From the NCBI GenBank assembly GCA_902551985.1, contig CACDFI010000001.1, positions 132,376 through 164,375 of the forward strand: 32,000 nt of DNA, given 5' to 3'. The position numbers and the translations under genes are program-made. Below, piece after piece: positions 21,211-29,059 of this stretch; positions within the stretch are counted from its first letter, which is position 1, and the number at the start of each line of letters is the position of its first letter. The notes under the pieces were generated by a model. The model did not search any database. It saw nothing but the letters and a program-made list of their open reading frames with translations, and was not told where the DNA came from. Source of the stretch: an uncultured Pelagibacteraceae bacterium (GTDB lineage Bacteria; Pseudomonadota; Alphaproteobacteria; Pelagibacterales; Pelagibacteraceae).

Positions 21211-22239
21211 ATGGATACATCAGAAGTTAATATAAAAAATTGGAAATCACTAATTAAGCCTCCAAAACTCGATATTAATTTAAGTGAAGATAAATCATAT
21301 GCTAAAATTATCGCTGAACCTCTTGAAAAAGGCTATGGACTTACTTTAGGAAATTCTCTAAGAAGAATTCTCCTATCTTCTATAAGAGGTACAGCTGTTA
21401 CTGCAATACAAATAGATGGAGTTTTGCATGAATTTACATCAATCAAAGGCGTGAGAGAGGATGTAACGGATATAGTATTAAATGTAAAATCACTTGCCTT
21501 AAAAAGTAATTCCGAGACAATAAGTAAATTAATTTTGGATGCTAAAGGACCTGGCGAAATAAAAGCTTCAAGCATTACGACCTCATCTGATATAGAGATC
21601 TTAAATCCTGATCTCGTAATATGCAATTTGGATGAAAATACTAATTTTCATATGGAAATGACAGTTAGCAATGGAAAAGGTTATGTTTCAGCAGACATGA
21701 ATAAACCCGAAGAGCCACCGTTAGGACTTATACCAATAGATTCACTATTTAGCCCTGTTAAGAAAGTTTCATATTCTATTAGCACAGCAAGAGAAGGAAA
21801 AGCTCTAGATTATGATAAACTAACAATGGAAGTGGAGACAAATGGATCAATTTCAGCAGAGGATGCTGTTGCATATTCTGCCAGAATTTTTCAAGATCAA
21901 TTAGGCATGTTTGTCAATTTCGATGAACCTCAAGAAGTAATTGTAAGAGAACAACCTACTGAACCAGAATTCAATAAAAACCTATTAAGAAAAGTTGATG
22001 AATTAGAACTTTCAGTTAGATCAATGAACTGCTTAAAAAATGATAATATTATATACATCGGAGACCTAGTTCAAAAATCTGAAGGCGAAATGCTGAGAAC
22101 TCCAAATTTTGGAAGAAAATCTCTAAATGAAATAAAAGAGGTTTTAACCGGGATGTCTCTTTATCTTGGAATGGAGATACCAAATTGGCCTCCAGACAAC
22201 ATTGCTGAATTATCAAAAAAACTTGAGGAAGCTATCTAA
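21211..22239 (+). CDS. rpoA: DNA-directed RNA polymerase subunit alpha
   Basis: 342 aa. [19 protein letters not shown]-terminal domain and C-terminal-domain [24 protein letters not shown]. Confidence 0.97.
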   Translation: MDTSEVNIKNWKSLIKPPKLDINLSEDKSYAKIIAEPLEKGYGLTLGNSLRRILLSSIRGTAVTAIQIDGVLHEFTSIKGVREDVTDIVLNVKSLALKSNSETISKLILDAKGPGEIKASSITTSSDIEILNPDLVICNLDENTNFHMEMTVSNGKGYVSADMNKPEEPPLGLIPIDSLFSPVKKVSYSISTAREGKALDYDKLTMEVETNGSISAEDAVAYSARIFQDQLGMFVNFDEPQEVIVREQPTEPEFNKNLLRKVDELELSVRSMNCLKNDNIIYIGDLVQKSEGEMLRTPNFGRKSLNEIKEVLTGMSLYLGMEIPNWPPDNIAELSKKLEEAI

Positions 22240-22679
22240 TGAGACATAGAATGGGCTATAAAAAGCTCAATAGAACATCAGAACATCGAAAAGCATTAAT
22301 TAAAAATATGCTAAATTCATTAATTAAGTATGAGCAAATAACAACCACATTACCCAAAGCAAAAGTTTTAAAACCTCAAGCAGATAAAATCATTACACTA
22401 GGCAAAAAAGATACATTATCTAATACAAAGACCTTAATTTCAAAACTACAGGATATTAAATCTACAAACAAAGTTAAAAAAACCCTTTCTAAGAGATATG
22501 AAAATAGAAAAGGAGGATATACAAGAATTATTAAGGCTGGTTTTAGATATGGTGATAACGCACCAATGGCAGTAATTGAGTTTGTAGATAGAGATATTGA
22601 AGCAAAAAAAGTAGATAGAAAGAAAAAAGATACAACTAAAGATCAAAATAAAGAAACACCTAAAGAAACAACTGCTTAA
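22239..22679 (+). CDS. rplQ: 50S ribosomal protein L17
   Basis: 146 aa. [20 protein letters not shown] start. TAATG junction with rpoA. Confidence 0.96.
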   Translation: MRHRMGYKKLNRTSEHRKALIKNMLNSLIKYEQITTTLPKAKVLKPQADKIITLGKKDTLSNTKTLISKLQDIKSTNKVKKTLSKRYENRKGGYTRIIKAGFRYGDNAPMAVIEFVDRDIEAKKVDRKKKDTTKDQNKETPKETTA

Positions 22680-22688
22680 CTAAACTAA

Positions 22689-23597
22689 ATGAAAAAACTA
22701 ATACGCGTTGAAAAGACGTTCAACGGTATGCGTATTGATAGATTTTTAAGAAATCAGTTTGGACAAATTCCTCAAAGTCTTATTGAAAAAAATTTAAGAA
22801 ACGGAAAGATAAAGTTAAATAAAAAAAAAATTAAAAGTTCTAAAAAAATTCAATTAAACGATAGAATTGAATTATTTAACTTTGAATTTAAAAATAGTTT
22901 AAATCAAAATAAACAAAAATTTGCACCTACAAATGACATAATCAAAGAAAATGAAGATTTAATAATAGAAAACAATGATAATTTTGTAGTTTTAAACAAA
23001 CAATCTGGAATTTCAGTACAGGGTGGTACAAAATCTAAAAAAAATTTAATCGATATTTTTTCAAAAAGTGATTTGTTTAAAGATACTAAACCATTTTCTG
23101 TGCATAGATTGGATAAAGATACATCAGGTGTGTTTATTATTGCAAAGAATAGAGAGACAGCTCAATTGCTAACATCACTTTTTAGACTAAGAAAAGTTTA
23201 CAAAACTTACCTCGCTATCTGTAATGGAGAACTAAATTTAAAAAATGAGGGTTTAATTAAAGATGATTTATTAAGATTTGAAAATAAAAAAAAAATAATA
23301 GAAAGAGCAGAGACAAAATATGAAATTTTAGATAAGAATAATATTGCTACATTTATACAATTACATCCAATTACTGGCAGAAAACATCAATTAAGAAAAC
23401 AATTATTTAATCTTGGAAACTCAATTATTGGAGATAAAAAATACAATACAACAAATAACTCAAAAGTGAGTACTAAAAATCTGATGTTACACTCTTATCA
23501 AATAAAATTTAAAATTAATGAAAAAAAATATACATTTAGAGCAACACCACCTGATTATTTTAGAAATATGTTAAAAGTAAAAAGACTCAATTTTTAA
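22689..23597 (+). CDS. RluA-family rRNA pseudouridine synthase (RluC/RluD-like, with N-terminal S4 domain)
   Basis: 302 aa. S4-like [10 protein letters not shown]...LRNGKIKLN and catalytic [15 protein letters not shown] motif. Starts 9 nt after rplQ. Confidence 0.9.
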   Translation: MKKLIRVEKTFNGMRIDRFLRNQFGQIPQSLIEKNLRNGKIKLNKKKIKSSKKIQLNDRIELFNFEFKNSLNQNKQKFAPTNDIIKENEDLIIENNDNFVVLNKQSGISVQGGTKSKKNLIDIFSKSDLFKDTKPFSVHRLDKDTSGVFIIAKNRETAQLLTSLFRLRKVYKTYLAICNGELNLKNEGLIKDDLLRFENKKKIIERAETKYEILDKNNIATFIQLHPITGRKHQLRKQLFNLGNSIIGDKKYNTTNNSKVSTKNLMLHSYQIKFKINEKKYTFRATPPDYFRNMLKVKRLNF

Positions 23598-24210
23598 TAT
23601 TTAATAAAAAATTTTTAATTAAGGTAGCTTCAATGTTTTTATAGTTTTGTTCTTTAATTGTTTTTAAATTTGTAACTTTTCTATTGCTAATTCCACAAGG
23701 TATTATTTTTTTATATGCATCTAGATTATTAGATATATTTAGTGCAAATCCGTGGTAAGCAATCCATTTTCTTACTTTAATACCTATTGCTGCAATTTTA
23801 TTTACTTTTCCTGATTTATCCTTAAACCAAATTCCAATATTTTTTCTATCTGCAAAACTTTTTATATTATATTCCTTTAAGGTATCGATAATTGTTTTTT
23901 CTATAGCATTCAAAAGTGTTTTTATATTTTTACCTCGTCTGTTTAGATCTAGAACAAAATAAAAAACTATTTGACCTGGCCCATGGTAGGTTATTTTTCC
24001 ACCTCTATTTGTTTTTACAAAATTTATTGATTTATCTAAAATTTCATAATTTTTAAAACTTGTTCCACCAGTATAAATCTCTTCATGTTCAAGTATCCAA
24101 ATAAGTTCTTTATTTTTATTCGCTCTGATTTGCGCCAATCTATCCTCGAGCATATCTATAGAATATTTATATTTTATTGGTTTTACTGACTTTTTGATCT
24201 CTATTGTCAT
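23587..24210 (-). CDS. lipB: Octanoyltransferase (lipoate-protein ligase B)
   Basis: 207 aa. [16 protein letters not shown] motif and the later conserved KIAAIG and PCG segments typical of LipB. Confidence 0.93.
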   Translation of the reverse strand: MTIEIKKSVKPIKYKYSIDMLEDRLAQIRANKNKELIWILEHEEIYTGGTSFKNYEILDKSINFVKTNRGGKITYHGPGQIVFYFVLDLNRRGKNIKTLLNAIEKTIIDTLKEYNIKSFADRKNIGIWFKDKSGKVNKIAAIGIKVRKWIAYHGFALNISNNLDAYKKIIPCGISNRKVTNLKTIKEQNYKNIEATLIKNFLLNIKN

Positions 24211-24271
24211 TATAAATTTGTATTATTTTTATTTTGTATTAATAGTGCCAACTAAATTATAGGTAAATTTT

Positions 24272-25645
24272 ATGTCCATAATAAAAAAAATAAAAGATAA
24301 AAAAGTCAATTTTGAATTTAATAAAGAGTTTATTAAAGTTGTTACAGATAAAATTGCCTCAAATGATGCTGAATTTATTACAAATTCATTTAATGATATG
24401 CATCCAGCAGATGCAGCTGACATAGTTGAGCATCTAAGTCAAAACGATAGAGAAAGTTTAATAAAATTAAATAATTTTAAAGTAGATCCTGAGGTTTTTG
24501 TTGAGTTAAACGAGTCAATTCAATCTGAAATGATTGCCTATTTATCATCTGAATCAATAGTAAATATTTTAAAAAACTTGGAGTCAGATGATGCAATTAA
24601 AATCTTAGAAAATGTAGATGAAAAAGATAAAAATACTATTCTTAGTTCATTACCTCCCAAAGACAGATTTGCTTTACTTGAAAGTTTGAGTTATCCAGAG
24701 GATACAGCTGCTAGAATTATGCAGCGTGAGTTTACAGCAATACCAAGCAATTGGTCTGTTGGACAAACAATAGATTATCTTAGAGAAAATAAAGAACTTC
24801 CAGAGGAATTCCTTGAAATATTTATTGTTGATCAAGAATTTAAACCTATAGGCACTGTTCCATCATCAAGAGTGTTAAGAACACCTAGAGACACAAAAAT
24901 GATGTCTATTATGGCTGAGTCTCAAACATTGATACCTGTTGATATGGATAAAGAGGAAGTAGGTAATTTATTTGAAAATTATAATTTAAGTTCTGCCGCA
25001 GTTGTAGACAAGTCCGACAAGTTAGTTGGAATGATAACTTATGATGACGTGTTGACAGTATTAAAAGAAGAGGCTGAGGAAGATGCTCTTAGATTAGCTG
25101 GAGTAGGTGACGAAGAAATTACCGATGGAGTAATTACAAAAACAAAGAGAAGATTTAATTGGTTACTTTTAAATTTGTTCACTGCTTTTCTTGCAACTTA
25201 TTGTATCAGTTTATTTGGGGCTACTATTGAACAAATGGTAGTGCTAGCTTTTTTAATGCCAATTGTTGCTTCAATGGGAGGTAACGCTGGTATGCAAACA
25301 TTGGCAGTTACTGTAAGATCATTAGCAACACAAGATCTTACAAAAAATAATTTTACTAACAACATTGTTAAAGAATTTAACATTGGGATTTTAAATGGAA
25401 TTATTTTTGCAATAATAAGTTCTATAATAGTTTACTTTTGGTTTAATGATTCTCAACTTGCTTTTATAATTTCTATTTCTATGATTTTAACAATGATAGT
25501 TGCAGGATTGTTTGGAATTTTAATCCCTGTTACGTTAAAAAAAATGAATATAGATCCAGCTATTTCTTCTAGCGTTTTTGTGACCACTATTACAGATGTA
25601 ATAGGGTTTGTCTCTTTTTTAGGTGTAGGTGCTTATTTTTTATAA
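24272..25645 (+). CDS. mgtE: Magnesium transporter MgtE
   Basis: 457 aa. MgtE N-domain (HPADAADIVEHL), a CBS pair, and a C-terminal membrane domain with PIVASMGGNAGMQ and TITDVIGF. Confidence 0.94.
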   Translation: MSIIKKIKDKKVNFEFNKEFIKVVTDKIASNDAEFITNSFNDMHPADAADIVEHLSQNDRESLIKLNNFKVDPEVFVELNESIQSEMIAYLSSESIVNILKNLESDDAIKILENVDEKDKNTILSSLPPKDRFALLESLSYPEDTAARIMQREFTAIPSNWSVGQTIDYLRENKELPEEFLEIFIVDQEFKPIGTVPSSRVLRTPRDTKMMSIMAESQTLIPVDMDKEEVGNLFENYNLSSAAVVDKSDKLVGMITYDDVLTVLKEEAEEDALRLAGVGDEEITDGVITKTKRRFNWLLLNLFTAFLATYCISLFGATIEQMVVLAFLMPIVASMGGNAGMQTLAVTVRSLATQDLTKNNFTNNIVKEFNIGILNGIIFAIISSIIVYFWFNDSQLAFIISISMILTMIVAGLFGILIPVTLKKMNIDPAISSSVFVTTITDVIGFVSFLGVGAYFL

Positions 25646-26458
25646 TTAAAAGTTGTCAATTAATCTTATTTTATTAATATTGTATGCCACAAAAAGTCTA
25701 AATTTATTTTTAAAGTTATTAAGTTTAAGATTTTTTTCATCTCTGAACTCTAAATAGTCTATTTTTATATTAAATTTTTTCTCAAGTTCTTTTTTATAAT
25801 CAGATAAATCTACTTTGAATTTCGATGATCTTAATTTAGTTCTTTTTTTTATTTTGATTAATAATTTTGCAATATGTGAGGCTTTTTCTAATGATTTTTT
25901 ATTTAATAATTTATTTCTTGTGGATAATGCAATTTTGTCAACCGTTCTTATTGTTGGACATGCATTTATTCGTACTTCGAATTTTTTTGATAAAAATCTT
26001 CTAATCAACTGTAATTGTTGATAGTCTTTTTCACCCATAAACAAATCTTTTGATTTAACAATAGACATCAATCTATTCATCACATTAAGCACTCCTTCAA
26101 AATGACCTTTTCTAAATTTTGCACATAATATTTTATCTTTTTTTCTTAAAACAAATTTCCTAGCCTTAAATTTATAAATATCTTTTGTTGTAGGCAAGAA
26201 GAGGTAATTTACTTTTAATTTTTTTAAAGTTAGAATATCTTTTTTTATATCTCTAGGATATTTTTTAAAGTCACTGGCCTTGTTAAATTGAGTTGGATTA
26301 ACAAAAATACTAACAATAGTCTCTTTGTTTTTCTTTTGAGATGCTTTGATTAAGGATATATGACCGTTATGTATTCCACCCATAGTTGGCACAAATCCAA
26401 CATTTTTGAAGTTTTTAATTTCTTTATTTAAATCAAAAATACTAGTAATTATTTTCAT
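25646..26458 (-). CDS. panC: Pantoate-beta-alanine ligase (pantothenate synthetase)
   Basis: 270 aa. GFVPTMGGIHNGHISLI (HIGH-like), FVNPTQF and GEKDYQQL motifs. Confidence 0.94.
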   Translation of the reverse strand: MKIITSIFDLNKEIKNFKNVGFVPTMGGIHNGHISLIKASQKKNKETIVSIFVNPTQFNKASDFKKYPRDIKKDILTLKKLKVNYLFLPTTKDIYKFKARKFVLRKKDKILCAKFRKGHFEGVLNVMNRLMSIVKSKDLFMGEKDYQQLQLIRRFLSKKFEVRINACPTIRTVDKIALSTRNKLLNKKSLEKASHIAKLLIKIKKRTKLRSSKFKVDLSDYKKELEKKFNIKIDYLEFRDEKNLKLNNFKNKFRLFVAYNINKIRLIDNF

Positions 26459-26492
26459 TTTATAAATATATGTTAATAGATAAATTATCTAA

Positions 26493-27308
26493 ATGATTAA
26501 ACAAGCTATTATTCCACTAGCAGGATTGGGAACAAGACTCTTACCTTTGACAAGTGTCTTTGCTAAAGAACTCCTACCTATTAATGGTAAACCAGGAATT
26601 GAATATATACTTGATGAATGTATAGAGGCTGGGATTACTGAAATAATTTTTATTATTTCAAAAAAAAAAGAGATGATAAGGAGATATTTTTATAATGACA
26701 ATTTTTATAAATCTCTAATTAAAAAAAAAAAAGATCCAAGAATTATTGAAGAATATAGAAAAATCTTAAAATATAAAAAAAAAATTAAATTTGTATACCA
26801 AAACAAACCTTTGGGAACAGGTGATGCTGTACTTAAGACAAGAAAATTCATAAAAAATAATTATTTTTTAATGCTTCTTCCTGATGATTTAATTATGAAA
26901 AATAATTGTTCAAAAGAAATGATTAGATTACATAAAAAACATAAAGCTTCAGTTATGGCAAGTATGACAGTAAAAAAAAATAATGTTAATCGTTGGGGAA
27001 TATATTCTGTTGATTATAAAATAGATAGGAGAAATTTTGTAATATCTGATGTAATAGAAAAACCTTCCGTTAAAGAAGCACCCTCTAAAAATGCTGTCAT
27101 TGGCAGATATATATTAAGTAGAGACATTTTTAAAATTCTTAAAAAACAAAAAAAAGGAAAAGGTGGAGAAATTCATATCACAGACTCGATTAAAACTATG
27201 ATTGATAATAAATCATTATTTATTGGCCATAAATTTTCAGGAAAGTATCTAGATTGTGGCTCAATGGATGGTTATATAAAATCAACTTTAGAGATCGCCA
27301 AATTATGA
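26493..27308 (+). CDS. galU: UTP-glucose-1-phosphate uridylyltransferase
   Basis: 271 aa. AIIPLAGLGTRLLPLTSVFAKELLP N-terminus and PLGTGDAV motif. Confidence 0.9.
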   Translation: MIKQAIIPLAGLGTRLLPLTSVFAKELLPINGKPGIEYILDECIEAGITEIIFIISKKKEMIRRYFYNDNFYKSLIKKKKDPRIIEEYRKILKYKKKIKFVYQNKPLGTGDAVLKTRKFIKNNYFLMLLPDDLIMKNNCSKEMIRLHKKHKASVMASMTVKKNNVNRWGIYSVDYKIDRRNFVISDVIEKPSVKEAPSKNAVIGRYILSRDIFKILKKQKKGKGGEIHITDSIKTMIDNKSLFIGHKFSGKYLDCGSMDGYIKSTLEIAKL

Positions 27309-28597
27309 AAATTTGCATTATTGGATCTGGTTATGTAGGTTTAGTCAGTGGAACATGTTTTTCAGAATTAGGAAATAAAGTTATTTGTGTCGATAATAAT
27401 AAACAAAAGATTGAAAATCTTAAAAAAGGAATTATTCCAATTTATGAACCTGGATTAGAGGAATTAATTATAAGAAATGTTAAACAAAATAGACTTAATT
27501 TTTCTACAGATGTAAATAATTCAATAAGAAATTCAGATATTATATTTATTTGTGTAGGCACTCCTACTATCAAAAATTCTAATAAGGCTAACTTAAAATA
27601 TGTTTATAAAGTTGTATCCGATATAAAAAAAAATTTAAATAAATATAAAATCATAGTCACAAAATCTACAGTACCGGTAACAACCGGTGATCAAATAGAA
27701 AAAATATTATCTTCAAAAAAAAGTAAAATTAAATTTGATGTTATTTCAAATCCTGAATTTTTAAGAGAAGGTGAGGCAATCAGAGACTTTATGTATCCTG
27801 ATAGAGTTGTAATTGGTACTGACAGTAAAAAAGCAAATAATATAATAAAAAACCTTTATTTACCGTTAATAAAAAAAACAAATAGATATTTTCATACCTC
27901 CAGAAGAGCTGCTGAATTAATAAAATATGCTTCAAATGCATTCTTAGCTACAAAAATTTCATTTATTAATGAAATTGCAAATCTATGTGAAAATACAAAT
28001 ATAGATGTAAAAGAAATATCTACTGGAATCGGATTGGATAATAGAATAGGCGATAGATTTTTAAGAGCAGGACCTGGATATGGTGGATCTTGTTTTCCAA
28101 AAGATACGAGAGCTTTAGTAACAACATCTAAGCAATTTAAAACTAACCTATCAATAGTCAAAAGTGTAATAAATTCAAATAAATCAAGATATAAAATTTT
28201 ACTAAATAAAATAAATAAAATTATGAAAAATAAACTTAAAGATAAAAGTATTACTTTTTTAGGAGTTACTTTTAAACCAGGTACAGATGATATGAGAGAG
28301 GCTGCTTCTTTAAAATTAATACCTTACTTAATAAATAAAGGATCTAACGTTTCCTACTATGAACCTACGGGCATAAAAAGTAATTTTAATAACAAAGTAA
28401 AATATATAAATAATATAAAAGATGCCTGTAAAAAAGCCGATTTAATTATAATTCACACTGAATGGAATGAATTTAAACAACTTAATCTTAAAAAAATTAG
28501 TAATAAGAAAAATTATAAAATTTATGATTTAAGAAATTTATATTCCCCAGATAAAATGAAAAAAAATAAAATTAATTATTTCAGTATAGGTAGATAG
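27305..28597 (+). CDS. ugd: UDP-glucose 6-dehydrogenase
   Basis: 430 aa from ATG 27305 (MKICIIGSGYVGLVSG Rossmann start; ATGA overlap with the galU stop). Catalytic GPGYGGSCFPKD motif. The track start at 27254 adds 17 residues unrelated to the conserved N-terminus, inside galU. Confidence 0.93.
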   Translation: MKICIIGSGYVGLVSGTCFSELGNKVICVDNNKQKIENLKKGIIPIYEPGLEELIIRNVKQNRLNFSTDVNNSIRNSDIIFICVGTPTIKNSNKANLKYVYKVVSDIKKNLNKYKIIVTKSTVPVTTGDQIEKILSSKKSKIKFDVISNPEFLREGEAIRDFMYPDRVVIGTDSKKANNIIKNLYLPLIKKTNRYFHTSRRAAELIKYASNAFLATKISFINEIANLCENTNIDVKEISTGIGLDNRIGDRFLRAGPGYGGSCFPKDTRALVTTSKQFKTNLSIVKSVINSNKSRYKILLNKINKIMKNKLKDKSITFLGVTFKPGTDDMREAASLKLIPYLINKGSNVSYYEPTGIKSNFNNKVKYINNIKDACKKADLIIIHTEWNEFKQLNLKKISNKKNYKIYDLRNLYSPDKMKKNKINYFSIGR

Positions 28598-29059
28598 CTA
28601 TTTAATCTCAAATATAGCATCAACCTCAACTGCAACACCTAACGGCAAACTATTTGTGCTAACAGCAGCTCTGGTATGAGTTCCATTTTCACCAAAAACA
28701 TTCTTGATTAAATCCGAAGCACCATTAATTACTTTGGGTTGTTCAATAAAGTCCTCTGTGGAATTAACAAACCCTGTTAATTTGATACATGATTTTATTT
28801 TTGATAGATCGTCACCACAAGCTTTTTTAGCTTGAGAAATAATACTTAATGCACATCTCTCCGCAGCTTTGTAAGCTTGATCTGTGTTAAAATCCTTTCC
28901 AACTTTCCCTTTGATTAACTTACCCTCAGCATCAATGGATATTTGTCCTGAAATGAAAAGTAAATTACCAGTGATTTTAGTTGCCACATATGATCCAACG
29001 GGGTCAGTAGCTTTTGGCAAAGTAATACCCATTTCATTCAATTTTTTATCAATATTCAT
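28598..29059 (-). CDS. RidA/YjgF-family protein (enamine/imine deaminase-like)
   Basis: 153 aa. LFISGQ...GKL N-terminal region and C-terminal RAAVSTNSLPLGVAVEVDAIFE, typical of the YjgF/YER057c/UK114 fold. Subfamily not resolved. Confidence 0.85.
   Translation of the reverse strand: MNIDKKLNEMGITLPKATDPVGSYVATKITGNLLFISGQISIDAEGKLIKGKVGKDFNTDQAYKAAERCALSIISQAKKACGDDLSKIKSCIKLTGFVNSTEDFIEQPKVINGASDLIKNVFGENGTHTRAAVSTNSLPLGVAVEVDAIFEIK

Noticed and set aside
24218-24263. Promoter boxes in the lipB-mgtE spacer (TTGTAT at 24218 and 24234 with possible -10 boxes TAATAG and TATAGG)
   Set aside because: The matches are weak and several alternative registers fit equally well in near-pure A/T sequence, so they cannot be told apart from chance.
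24211-24271. Possible Mg2+ riboswitch (M-box) upstream of mgtE
   Set aside because: The whole lipB-mgtE spacer is 61 nt of nearly pure A/T, far shorter than an M-box aptamer, with no GC-containing helices.
27254-27304. Longer ugd start at 27254, as given in the ORF track
   Set aside because: It adds 17 residues (MWLNGWLYKINFRDRQI) that lie inside galU and precede the universal Rossmann N-terminus MKICIIGSGYVG. ATG 27305 forms an ATGA overlap with the galU stop.
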